Part shown: positions 40,681 through 52,767 of the stretch, piece by piece
How positions within the stretch are numbered: the first letter of the stretch is position 1
How the letters are laid out: every line of letters begins with the position of its first letter
From: Chiloscyllium plagiosum
Lineage: Eukaryota
Length of the DNA stretch: 64,000 bases
NCBI RefSeq assembly: GCF_004010195.1
Contig: NC_057718.1
Location: 63,264,225 to 63,328,224 of the forward strand
Direction: 5' to 3'
The notes under the pieces: generated by a model
The model's input: the letters and a program-made list of their open reading frames with translations, nothing else
Told to the model about the DNA's origin: nothing
Database searches by the model: none
Made by a program: the position numbers and the translations under genes

Positions 40681-40841
40681 CTTTCTCCGCTGTTGGCTTC
40701 ACTCCTCTCAGACTCTTCATCACTGGAATGTGAAACAAAGCCTGGGAGAGAGTGACCTTTTCTGGATACAAAATCTTCACTTAATCCCTGTAATTTTAGA
40801 GCTGTAGCATAATGTCTCTCTGCTGCTCTTCTGGCATTCCT
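40681..40841 (-). CDS. FAM161A: FAM161A 161-nt exon (equivalent of human exon 6)
   Basis: ttgtatctag| ... AAAG|gtaact. Encodes RNARRAAERHYATALKLQGLSEDFVSRKGHSLPGFVSHSSDEESERSEANSGE. Phase 0 in / 2 out. Confidence 0.88.
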
Positions 40842-41235
40842 CTAGATACAATAAAATTTGACAGATTAGTTCAGTTTTCACCTGAATATTTTACTAAATT
40901 GGTTTTAGTAACTTTACACTAAGCATTAGACAATTGGTAGCTAAGATAATGTCTCAATAAGACATTGTCAACTGTGATACTATTTAAGTTGTTTGGTGAT
41001 ATGTTTACTGCTTATTTTGAGAGATGCTTTGCATTTCAACTTCATTTGTAAGGCAGCCTAAGTTCCTATATGGAGCACTATGATGAAAAAAGAAATTATG
41101 ATTAGTCATAGCTTTTCCACAGAACAAAAAATGGAGTGTATTTTAAATGCAATATACATTTTATTTGCCTTTTACTCAGCAATACAATTATTTTTTATAT
41201 ATTTCAGCCCTGTACATCTAGTGTTTGTATCTTTT

Positions 41236-42863
41236 TAAATAAATATTTGTATTAAAGACCTTTAAAAATCTTTTATAAAACATCTATATACAAAAAAAAG
41301 TAACACCAAAAAACCATGGTCATCCAGGGCAGCCTGTGGTTTCCCAAGAGGAGGAAGCTTATCTAAGGTGTGATGAGCTACAAAGACCTTAACTCTATGA
41401 AGTCTAAAACTACTACAATTAAAAAACTAATCATTCCATTTAACCGAAACAAACACCCAAATAACCCCCAATTCACTAGAGATCTTCTTGCCCCTTGCCC
41501 ATAGGGAGCATTCCTCCCAATCCTTCCTACCATCTTATTTCCCTCTAGCTGAGGCCATGCCCTAGCCCCAGACAATTCACAAATGAGGAAAACCTGTTGT
41601 TTAAGTTCTGACAGTTAACAATGAATGCCCATTCCCCCCCACACTCATCTTAACAACAGATATAGCCACCCCCAATGCAAAATCAAAAGGACAGCAGTTA
41701 AAAAAGGGGCCCTAGATAATACCCAATCGACCAACATATAAAACAATTCCAGTTTTACAGCAAGGCTGTATGTATAAAGCCAATAACACAAAAAAAGGAG
41801 AGAGAAGTGAAAAAAAAGGCAATAAAAAACCCATACCATTGTCTGCAACAATGCCCCCTCCCCTTCCACCCCAACTCAAGTCCTTCAAAGAATTCACAAA
41901 GTCATTCGCCTTTTCTGTGGAGTTAAAGTTATATACAGTCTCCCCATGGCAGAAAAGCAACACGGCCGAGTATCTCAAGGAATATTGAATGTTCAGGTCA
42001 CTTAATTCTTTCTTGACTTCATCAAATGCCCTTTTCTTCCTAATTAGGGATCCTGAAAAAACATTATCTTTAAGCCTTTGTACATTAAATCCTGTGAATT
42101 TCTTCCCAGTCTTCTTGCTGTTTCAACTATTAACTGTTTTTCTTTATAATGCAGGATCTGCACTAGAACTGCGCAGGGGCGTGGGTCCAAACTGGACCAG
42201 TGCATTGCGATCGGGTGGGCCACTCCACTCTCACTAAGCTCGACTCCAACTCCAACCCCAGGAACTTCGGGAGCCACTTCTCCAGGGAGCCGACAAGGTC
42301 CTCGCCTTCCTCACATTCTGGAAGACCCACGAGCCATAAGTTTTTTCTCTCATTTTTGTTCTCTAGGTTGTCAACATGTTCCTGAAGGACCTGAACCTGG
42401 TTTTCCAGCATTCAGATTCTTCCTGCCGAGACCTCCGCCACGGTCCTCTCCTCCACTGCCTCCTTCTTCGGTCCAGTAATTGGATTGCCTGCTCATTCTT
42501 TTTTAGCATGGCAGGTAGTGGTTCTACTGCTGGAAGATTCAGAGAGTAAATGCTGATGTCCTGTTAGATCCAAAAGGGCCACCACGGGAGTTTGAGCACT
42601 GGTTGCAATCACCCCCCCTGATGCAGTAGGTGAGTGCCTGTCTGCTGTGTTCCTTTAGGCCCCTTTTCTTTATTCAATTTCATCCTAGCATTAAAAGATG
42701 TCACACACGATTTCAGCAGCTCCAGATGATCAGTAAGTTTAAATTAATACTTTTCTCTTCTGGGGGTGGTTGGTGAGGGGGGAGGTAAAGGTCCACCTTG
42801 CCCGGGGATATGGCACAGAGCCCAGCACAGCAGACCACTCAGACCACCGCCATATTGGATCTC
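41236..42863 (-). mobile_element. ORF1-only L1 derivative (HAL1-like), decayed
   Basis: ORF1 remnants (DNLENKNERKNLWLVGLPE, IMFFQD, LRYSA) and no ORF2. TSD GTGTTTGTRTCTTTT at 41221-41235 and 42864-42878. YY1-like AATATGGCG at the 5' end. Confidence 0.85.
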
Positions 42864-43114
42864 GTGTTTGTGTCTTTTACATATATATTTTCCCTGCTCA
42901 TTTTCATTTTTAAAAACATTGATTCAAGGGATGTAGGGGTCATCCTAAACAAAGTGGTGGAACACAGTTAATTAAAAAAATATAAAAAAGACACAAACAT
43001 TATTTTCTCATTAATTATTAAGATTCAAAAAACAGTAAGCATAGTAGCAACCTATTTCCCCATCAATCAATCAATCTACTGATTTAGAGAATTCAGATAG
43101 CGTAAGGATGTGTT

Positions 43115-43372
43115 AGCTGAAAATGTGTTGCTGGAAAAGCGCAGCAGGTCAGGCAGCATCCAGGGAACAAGAGAATCGACGTTTCATGCATAAGCCCTTC
43201 TTCAGGAATGAGGAAAGTTTGTCCAGCAGGACAAACTTTCCTCATTCCTGACGAAGGGCTTTTGCCCGAAACGTCGATTCTCCTGTTCCCTGGATGCTGC
43301 CTGACCTGCTGCGCTTTTCCAGCAACACATTTTCAGCTCTGATCTCCAGCATCTGCAGACCTCACTTTCTCC
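43115..43372. mobile_element. PLE fold-back insertion in a FAM161A intron (110-bp arms, 4-nt loop AGCA at 43225-43228)
   Basis: Near-perfect inverted arms plus a 34-nt tail. TSD TAAGGATGTGTTAGCT at 43103-43118 and 43374-43389. Hammerhead motif at 43244-43279 (+). Confidence 0.93.
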
Positions 43373-43644
43373 TTAAGGATGTGTTAGCTTTGGCTTAATT
43401 TGGTAGCAGTCCCAGTGGTGAATGAGAAAATTGTGTTCCTGTTCCTCTCCAGAGATGTGACCAAATAAACCTAGACTTACACTCTGTGCAGTAATCCATC
43501 CCAAAGTAGTATAAAACAAACAAACAGACATAACTCCAAGAAACAAATGATTGAGAAAAACAAAGCTAATTAATCTTCTTTTGGAATATGCTAACATTTA
43601 TGCTTAGGAACATTTATGCAGCTTAAACCATTTTAGGTTCATAC

Positions 43645-43744
43645 CTTTGTTTGCTCTTCTAAGAGCAGAGGCCTCCTGCTTACCCTCGCCTGCATTTCCT
43701 CAAGCTCCAGCAGATATTCTTTTGTTCTTTTTCTTTGATGATTC
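43645..43744 (-). CDS. FAM161A: FAM161A 100-nt exon (equivalent of human exon 5)
   Basis: gttttaacag| ... AAAG|gtatga. Encodes RNHQRKRTKEYLLELEEMQARVSRRPLLLEEQTK, which contains the conserved RPLL.E motif. Phase 2 in / 0 out. Not in the ORF track. Confidence 0.9.
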
Positions 43745-43884
43745 CTGTTAAAACACAATAGCAGTTAAATTGAATAATCCATGAAAATGGGTGAAAGAAT
43801 TGCTTTTGTGATGCACGATTAAATGCATGCATGATGACAACTTCTTTCTGCCTGCACAACTCCCTCAGACTAAAATAGATTATC

Positions 43885-44045
43885 TGACTGTTATCACTTT
43901 GCTGTTGTGGGAAGTTGCTCGGTATGAAATTGGCTACACAATTTCCTCCATTTATGCTTTGAAATAAATGCCCTTAATTGGCTGTAGAGCACCTGGGATA
44001 TTGTGAAATCACAAAAGATGCTATATAAATGCAGGTCTTTCTTTT
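43885..44045 (+). mobile_element. Ancient DeuSINE (SacSINE1/AmnSINE1-like) 3' fragment
   Basis: TTGCTGTTGTGGGA..TTGCT...AAATTGGCT...ATTGGCTGTAGAGCAC...GCTATATAAATGCAGGTCTTT resembles the recalled 3' region of this SINE group. Confidence 0.6.
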
Positions 44046-44979
44046 CCTTTCCTCTCAGCAACCCAAGTCTTATCCCTTTTCTATTGCACATTGTTAAGAA
44101 TTGCCAGTGTAGGAACAACAAGAAAAAGGGAAGATAAAGGGACAATATCACTCAATTTCACACTTGTAGCCATTGGTTCAGATATCAACGCTCTGTGTAA
44201 TGAAGAGGGTAGCACAGAAGAGGGATTTGCACATGGTGAGATGCTGAGTATTAGTAGGAGAAAGGATTATGCAAGTAATAGCTTGTTACAGGATGAGGTC
44301 ACACATTCGTTCTCTTGCAAAGGAATCAAATGAGAAATCTGATGGTACAGGCTCTAGATGACAGCAATGTGTGTGCACACTTAATGTTTGATGCACTGGC
44401 AAATCTACCAGAAAGCCTGTGTTAATATTAAGCATTGTGTCCAGCACCAACTTTGCACAGAGCTTTGCAGAGTTTATAGCCAATATAGACCCTTCATCAA
44501 TACACCAATGGAGCCAACCTTGATGCAACACCCAACATCTGATGTGTCAGCTTCTACTGCAGCTCAAGCACCAAACTGCCAATATCTGAATGCTGCATTA
44601 AAAACTTGGTATAAGCTCAGCTTACTGCTGTCATGATTCAAGTTACCAGGATTCAAAGGGTCTTCCAGTACATCAGAACACTCCATCAATCTATTCTGTC
44701 ACAGATCTGCTGCCTAAAAATGCGCTGCTGATCTGACCTCCGGTTGACAACTCTTTCCACCCCCTCCTCTTCCTCTGTCTTGCAGTTTTACCACTTTGTA
44801 TGATATCATCTTGATATAAGATGTGGACTACTGATCTATGTGGGCCCTCACAACATTCAGGCAATTGTACTTAAGATGTGCTTCAGAACAAACTGCACCT
44901 AAAGCCAACCTGTTCCAATACAACTACAACACTGACATCTACCCAACAATGTGGAACATTCCCTAGGTATGTCCCGAGA

Positions 44980-47150
44980 AAAAGTGTGCTAATGACAGAT
45001 ATCAGGCGGATGACACAAACAAGAATATAGACAGTTCAGAAAGAAATTGAAAAAGCAAATAAGAGAAGTACAAGAAGTTTCTGGCACTAGCATAATAGGG
45101 AATTCAAAAACCGCCTCTAGGCATTGAATGATTTGGTGGCAAAAAGAGGAAATTGTCCCAAAAACATAAAAAGGATGGACACCAGGGGGATTCTGAATGG
45201 AAGAAAATGGGTCTTCCACTAAAGGCTCAGAAAATGAATATCCTGTTCCAATCAGCACCCACAAAGAAAACCTCCTCCATAACCCTTGACTTAAGCAAAA
45301 GCAAAATCCTGGGAAATGTGGACTATTCTACACATCTTGTGAGCCTCCTCTCAATAATGACAGAGACAGACTTTGAAATTCAACATTGTCACCGTTTGCT
45401 GGCTCAGTCTTCAGCCAACCAAGGAAAAGAGAACTTGAGTACCTAGATCTCAAACCTGAGGTTAACAATAATGATCCCTGCACTTCTATATGCTTGTGAG
45501 ACTTGAACAACATACAGCAGGCATCTCAAATACTGCAGATATACCATCTAGGCCTATCCTCGAAGATCAGTATTAAGAAAGGCAGTCGAACACTAGTGTC
45601 TCCTCCCAAACTAACATATTGAGCATCAAAACAGTAATTACTAAACACCAGCTCTGTTGGGCTGGATGAGTCATTTGAAAACCCAATATCAGACATCAGA
45701 ATTCTGTTGTGGAAGGAGGACAGTTGACATGATTTAGAGATGCCTGCCCTCATAAGATTAGGAGTAAATATAGTTACATCACATCAAAAGCATTGATTCA
45801 AGAAGGCAATTCACTATTTATTATCTTCTCAAGGGTAATTAGGGATGGGCAACAAATGCTGATCCTAGCCAGTGAAGCCCATGTTCTTTGAAATAATTTT
45901 AAAATATTCATGCACAGCAACAGCATTGATGGATATGAATGATATGAAACACTATCAGCAATCTCTTGCTCTCTTGTAACTAGCCAAGATATAATTGTGT
46001 GAAGATAGCAGCACTCTCCAGTTTGTTTATTGACTTCCTTAGCTCTCTCTGCAAGTAGTCACATCACACATCATTTTCTTAGTTGCTTTCAGCACTGTAG
46101 ACAACGCTGACCACTGCCACGTTTGGAAAGATCACCAGGATCAGTGATATTCATCCAGAAATCATCATGATCCAGATCCAGATTAACAGATGTAGTTTCT
46201 AGATTCACTTCCAAAGTTCTCTCCAAAATTCTTAACACAGATAATTCCAGATATTTGGCAGCATTTCAAACTATCTTAAAGCTAGGAAACCAAGACTATG
46301 ATTCAAAAAATTTCATCTCATCATTATGCAGCTTATGGTTTACAAGGTTTGCCCTTAAACCATTAAAATCTATTTGAGAAGCTGTCCTTGCAAACAAGCA
46401 GGAAGATTTCAGTGAAGGAAAACACTGATCAAATCTTTGCGCTGACTACCAACATTGAGGCAGTCCAGAAGCAGCTTAAGACTGGAATTAGCTGAAGACT
46501 GGAATTGCCTTCAAGGACTTGTCATTGGCCTATAGCACTACCTAGTACAAAAAGACTTCAACAATTATTCATTGCTGAAAGCCTTCAGGCTTATCAACAT
46601 CCTAATGAATCACTGTTAAGTTCTGCATTTTTTTTTAGTGACAACTCCAGTTGAACACAGATTCTCAACAACTGTCTGCCATGGGTTGGCCTTTTCAACA
46701 GCTATAATGGATATTTCTGCACCAAATCCTCCAGGTTAGCTATGCCAATGAGACAACTTGGTTGACACAGGCAGCAATGTTGGGGAAGCAAGCAGGATAC
46801 TACACAGGATCTTAAACCTATGAATGCTACTTCCAGACCCAGTGCCTCCTCCCCAGTCCAGAGAACAGAGTTGTGTTTCACCTGAACAGTTAAACTGCAA
46901 AAAATTGCTCAACACTTCCTCCTGTGGTGACTCATGACATCTCTGCAAACTAGGTAGGAATCACCTGGGAGAGAATGCTTTCCCACTGGCCTCAACTCAT
47001 CAACACGAGTCAAAAATAAAAGAAAACAAAAAGTAAACCTCGTCCGAAACCCTGCTGAAGTCTCATGGGAAATAAAGGTTGAACACCACACTCCTCAGCC
47101 TCCCCTGCTGCAGAACGCTGCTTCCATTGTGGTGTTTCAGCTGCCACACA
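44980..47150 (+). mobile_element. Degraded RTE-clade LINE remnants (discontinuous)
   Basis: PALLYACET*TTYSRHLK-type RT C-terminal motif near 45475-45530. The rest is highly decayed. Confidence 0.55.
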
Positions 47151-47515
47151 AATATCTTTTGAGAACAGATGGAAGAATCTCTCTCTCATGGAGGATTGTG
47201 CAGCTTTGGACAAACAAATCATCATGATCTTATTGAATTGCAAGCAGGTTTGAGGAGCAAAGTGGCCTACTTCTGCCCCTATTCTTTTATTACTTTTCCT
47301 TGGGATGTGAATGTCATTGGCAAGGCTATTATTTGTTGGTCATTCCTAGCTGTCCTTGAGAAAGTGAAAATGAGCTGCAGTCTGAAAACATTGTAGTCTA
47401 TCTGATAATAGGTACACCAATATACCTATTATGCTGTGAAAAAGGGGGTTCCTGGGTTTTGGCTTAACGACAGTGAAGGAATGAATTATACAGTTCCGAT
47501 TCAATATGGTAAGAA

Positions 47516-47686
47516 GGAGAAAGTGAGGACCGCAGATGCTGGAGATCAGAGTCAAGAGTGTGGTACTGGAAAAGCATAGCAGGTCAGGCAGCATCCGAGG
47601 AACAGGAAAATTGACGAAACATCAATTCTCCTGCTCCTCAGATACTGCCTGACCTGCTGTGCTTTTCCAGCACTCCACTCTTGACC
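47516..47686. mobile_element. PLE fold-back insertion with the ribozyme core deleted
   Basis: Inverted arms. Flanks CCGATTCAATAYGGT at 47496-47510 and 47687-47701. Confidence 0.85.
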
Positions 47687-47790
47687 CCGATTCAATACGG
47701 TGTTTGGTGGTGTTCTCATGCAGCCTTTGCAGCCGCTGCTTTTGTCCTGCTTGATGTTAGGAATCATAAATTTGGAAGATGCTAATCCGT

Positions 47791-48105
47791 GGGCAGCACG
47801 GTGGCACAGTGGTTAGCACTGCTGCCTCACAGCGCCAGAGACCCGGGTTCAGTTCCTGCCCCAGGCGGCTCTCTGTGTGGAGTTTGCATATTCTCCCCGT
47901 GTCTGCGTGGGTTTCCTCCGGGTGCTCTGGTTTCCTCCCACAATCCAAAAATGTGTAGGTTAGGTGAATTGGCCATGCTAAATTGCCCATAATGTTAGGT
48001 GAAGGGGTAAATGTAGGGGAATGGGTCTGGGTTGGTTGTGCTTCGGCGTGTCGGTGTGGACTTGTTGGGCCGAAGGGCCTGTTTCCACACTGTAAGTAAT
48101 CTAAA
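47791..48105 (+). mobile_element. tRNA-derived SINE (HE1/V-SINE type), well preserved
   Basis: Full head, V core and tail CCTGTTTCCACACTGTAAGTAATCTAA. Confidence 0.92.
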
Positions 48106-48119
48106 TAAAAAGGAACTTT

Positions 48120-49200
48120 GGCTACAATGATTCTTGTACATTGCATGTACTGATGCCACTATGCATCAGTGGCAGAAGAAGTGAACAATTAGAGTAGTAG
48201 ATGGAGCGCCAGTCAAGTAGGCTGCCTCGTCTCAGATGGATTGTGAGATGTTTTGAGTGTTTTTGCAGGAAACTCATCCAGACAAGTTAAGAGTACTCCA
48301 TTCCACTCCTGACCTCTGCATTTTAGCTGGTGGACCACATAATGGGGATTTGAGATACTTGCCACATCATTCACAGCCTCTGTTCCGCTCTTGTAGCCAC
48401 AGGTAATCCAGTTCAGTTTCTAGTCAATGGTAACCACCACCTGGATATTGCCACTGAGGTATTCAATAATGGTAATACCACTGAATGTCAACAGATAGTA
48501 GATAGTTAGATTCTGTCTTCTTGAAGATGACCATTACCTGGCACTTTCGTGGTGTAAATGTTCAAAGTCCCTTATCAGTCCAAACCTGAATGTTGTCCCG
48601 ATTTTGCTGCATATGGATATAGACTGCTTTGATGTCTGAGTCATGAATAATAATGAACATTGTTGATGATATACATTGCTAATGAATATTTGCTGATGAT
48701 CGCTCAATGTCAGACTTATAATGTGAAGAAAGGTCGTTATCGAAGCATCTGAAGTGAACCTAGGACTCTACCTTGACGAAACTCTGCAACAATATTCTTG
48801 CACTAAGGTGATTGAGCAGGAAAAACCAAAACCAATCTTTCTTTGCGCTTGGTAGGACTGCAAACAGTGGACATTTTTCCCATTGACTTCAGTTTTACTT
48901 GGGCTTCTTGGTGCCACACTCAGTCTTAATGCTCCGTTGATATCAGGGTCAGTCACTCTGACATTACCTCTTGAGCTCAGTAATTTTGTTCGTGTCTGGT
49001 CACAGTAGTAATGAGATTAGAAGCCAAGTGATCCAGCAAGAGCTGGAACTCAGCATCGATCAGCAGGTTATTGCGGTGTAGCTGCCACTTGATAGCACTT
49101 TCAACACTTTGCTGATAATCAAGATTGGCTTAAAAGAGCAATAAGTTGGCCAGCTTACATTTGCTTTTTGTAGATTCTCTGGACAAAAGTAGATTTAGTG
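48120..49200 (-). mobile_element. Old degraded CR1/L2-group LINE (also ~47280-47500)
   Basis: Inverted similarity to the 4030-4370 remnant. No open frame. Confidence 0.5.
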
Positions 49201-49442
49201 CAATGTTGAAAAATAACTGAAAACTTGGATTTTAGAAGTTCCAGCTGAAACTCTAAACTTGCTTTGCCAGCTTGGTGCTGCCTTGTTGCCTCGACATGAT
49301 GGATAAAGTTGCATCAGAGGCAACAGCTATTACTGAAAACAAAGAAAAAGCACCTCAAAGTAATTCAAAATATATTGTGGACATACTAAAACTCATCCGA
49401 AGATGAAGATATCACACGTTATTGACAAAACACAAACCACAC

Positions 49443-49610
49443 CTGTATTGTTTTAGTTTTGATCTTGAGACTTCAGCCAAGCTCTTGTGTGGATCATTCG
49501 CCCAGGCACGGGTAGATATGACTTTTTTCCATTTTCTCTCACTCCGTTTCTGCTCGCGTTTCCAGTTTTCCTCATTTTCTTCTTTCTTCCTTTTTTCTCC
49601 CAGCAATTTC
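49443..49610 (-). CDS. FAM161A: FAM161A 168-nt symmetric exon (equivalent of alternatively spliced human exon 4)
   Basis: cattttacag| ... ACAG|gtgtgg. Encodes RKLLGEKRKKEENEENWKREQKRSERKWKKVISTRAWANDPHKSLAEVSRSKLKQY. Phase 2/2, 56 codons. Confidence 0.9.
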
Positions 49611-49834
49611 CTGTAAAATGATAAGCTAGAAAACTTAGTACAGATGCCAACATAAAGATTTATTAGATTAAAAGCAGTTAAGAATTAAAATTTTGATTAA
49701 GTCTTATATATTGGAAAATTTGTTTATTGACAGCATTTGATAAATTCAATTGTACTCCACAATAGGTATAAATCCACACCATTCAACTCTTTATCTTGTG
49801 ATGTTGCAAATATTTGATTTAGTAATTTACATTG

Positions 49835-50315
49835 TCAAAAAGAAGATTCGCTAGGCTGATCCTGAGTATGAAGCAGACATTGAATAGGTTAGTCGTGTAC
49901 TTATTATTGGAGCTTAGATACATGAGAGGTGAACTTATTGAATGTAAAGGATTCCTAGGGGACTTGGACAGAATAGATGCAGAAAGGTTATGTCCCCTTG
50001 TGGGTGAGTCTAGGACTAGAGGGCATAATCTCAGAATAAAAGGTTACCCATTGAAGAGAGGAATGAGGAAAAATTTCTTCTTTGAGGGTAGTGAATCTGT
50101 GGAATACTGTACTGCTGAAGGCTGTGTTGGCTGGATCAGTAAATATGTTAAGAACTGAGATAGACAGTTTTAATCAGTAAGGGAATCAAGGATTATGGCG
50201 AAAAGGCAGCAAAGTATGGTAGATTATAAGATTGTCTATGATCTCATTGAAAGGAGGAGCAAACTCAATGGATTGATTGCCCTACTTCTGTTCCTGCATT
50301 TTATGATTTTATGGT
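49835..50315 (+). mobile_element. CR1 3' end
   Basis: MRGELIE...ESRTRGHNLRI. TTTATG-type tail. Confidence 0.8.
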
Positions 50316-50689
50316 GCAGTTTCCATGCCTCCATTGAGCTTATTATTATACCCTCTGAGTATTTTCAGAATTTTCTGTGTTTATTATGAAACGTTAAGCC
50401 TACTGTTTTTATCTAAATGCCTAATTAATAATGACATAAGCATTAATCATGTTAATCACAAAACAACCTCACTAACATCAAAAATCAGCTTTAAAAGTGT
50501 TCCTTTGGTTGTAATTATTGTTGAGAATTTTAAAACTGTAAAATATAACATTTAAAAAAAAGTCTGTCCTTTTTCCTCTTGGTCCATTTCAATACTTAAA
50601 TCCTTTTATTTTCTTTCTGCACCTGGTTTCATATTGAAATCCCGACTCAATTTTCAGTTTTTCTACTGCTAGTTTCGCAGCCCTTCCAT

Positions 50690-51360
50690 ACAGTCAGAGT
50701 TTTTACAGCAAAAGGTCCTTCGGCCTATCTATCTATCTGTTCTAGTTCAATCATCCATCTGTTCTAGTTCAATTTTCCAGCGCTGACCCCATAACTTTGT
50801 ATGTTATGGAGTTTCAAGTTCTCAACTATACAGTTCTTGAGGATTCATGCCTCTATCACCCTTTCAAGTAAAGACTTCCAGATATTCACCTCGCTCTGGG
50901 TGAAACTTTCTTTCCTCAAAACCCATCTAACCCTTCTTCTCCTTAGCTTAAAACAGTGTCCCGTTGTTAGTGACTCCTCTATTAAGAGAAAACATTTCTC
51001 CCTATTTACCCTGTGTATGTCCCTCAGAACTTTGTACACTCCAATTAGATTCCCCACAGCGTTCTCCACTCTAAGGAGAACAACTCCAGCCTAGCTAATC
51101 TCTCAGCAGCGCAGGCAACATCCTGGTGAATCCTGTCTGCACCCTCTCCAGTGTAAACACATTCTTCCTATAGTATGGCACATTACTTCAGCTGTGGCTT
51201 AACTAATGTTATATTCAGCTCCATTATAACCTCCTTGCTCTCCTATTCAATACCTTGACTAATTAAGGCATATGCCTTCCTCCTAAAATGTATTACATCA
51301 CACTTTTCAGGATTAAATTCAATTGCCACTGTTCAGCCCACCTGATCAGTCCATCTATAT
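50690..51360 (-). mobile_element. CR1 3' fragment
   Basis: GNLIGVYKVL...GHCFKL...FTQ remnant. Confidence 0.75.
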
Positions 51361-51600
51361 AATGCTGTACAGTTAGTGATTTACATTTGCTTATCCTGTT
51401 TACTCAAATTCCAGACACAATTTCATTTGCTGCAATTTAATGCCAATCTTCTGTTATGCTGTACCTGACCCCACTTTAATTATTGAGCAAGGAAATTCCT
51501 CAGAGACTGACATCCTTCATGAAAATATTTTCAGAAAATACTGCAGGACATATCACTTTTAGTTTATTAATAAATCATGAAAGATGAAAGTTGTTCTTAC

Positions 51601-52767
51601 CTAACAGCTTCTTTCCTCTTCTTTTCAGACTCTGTGACCTTCATAATTTTCAAGTCCAATGATCCTGACTGATTTGAATTTGTGTTGTCATGTGATTTCC
51701 AACGGTTTCTGCATGACATATAAGGCCAGCGGGTCTCTTTTAAGTGGTTTTCATCTTCCATTATATCATTCAACACCTTTTCTTTTTTTGAAGGAATTTG
51801 AGGAACGAGCAGTCGGAAGGGTTCACACGCGGTTGTCAATGTCAAGTTTTTCTTTCTCATACGTTGTCTCCGAGACTTTCTGTGCAACATCTCAAAATTT
51901 GGTACTTTGGTGTTAATCTTGGGTTTGAATTTCAGTTCTTTATTTGGGTTCCAACATGTTGCTTCCTTCTTTTCCAATAAGGTATTACGAAGCATACCTT
52001 TTGGAAGGGATGCACCACGTAATGTCTCTTGAGCTCTCACTTTCATTTTAATTACACGATAGAGTTCTTGCTCTTTAATTCTGTCACTAATTGTTTGATC
52101 ATAAAGATATTTAGGAACTGGTTTTGCTTTAAATTTCTTTGGTTTACTTTCTGAAATATCTAGTTCCTGTATTTGCATTTTTCTAATTTCTTTCTTTTTC
52201 TCCTCTCTTTCAAGAAAGTCAAATGGTTTTTGCAATGCCAGTAAAATTTCTTTGCTTCTCATCTTTACAAATCTCCTTCTTTCTTCATTCCGTTCCATTA
52301 TTTCTGCCAACAAAGGAATATAGGTATGAGCTGGTACAGGATTAGCACGGAACTTTTTCTGACACTCTGCTTCTTCCTCTAATTGTTTTCTCAGCATCTG
52401 ATTCTCTACTTCAATTTCAGACCTGGATTTTATCTTCAGTTTCTTTTTCTCAGCCTCTCTAAGAGTCATTTGGAAAGGTTGAGGTATTGTGATTTTTGGT
52501 GACCACTGCTTTTGCTCCTTCTTTATTACTTGCATTTTTGCAAGTGGTAAATTTGAGTTTCTGGGCTTCTGGGGTTCCTCATCTGAAATATACTCCTGCA
52601 CAGAAAATCCATCCCACATGCTCTGAATTTGATCCCTTCCATAGGACACGCGATTTTCCCCACTTTTCTCTGGATCTTCATTTGACATTTCTGACAGGCT
52701 TGAGTGTGCAGTACTGCCCACCTCAGTTGTTGAGTAAGATAGGCGGCCATTGTTTTTCTTACCTAAA
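51601..52767 (-). CDS. FAM161A: FAM161A large exon (equivalent of human exon 3; UPF0564 domain), 1167 nt, phase 2/2
   Basis: Within the 436-aa ORF: ITIPQPFQMTLREAEKK, ECQKKFRANPVP, QKPFDFLEREEKK, FKAKPVP, KETRWPY. Donor TTAG|gtaaga at 51601. Acceptor tgtatag| at 52767 is phase-compatible with the upstream exon; this 5' boundary is less certain than the 3' one. Confidence 0.93.
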
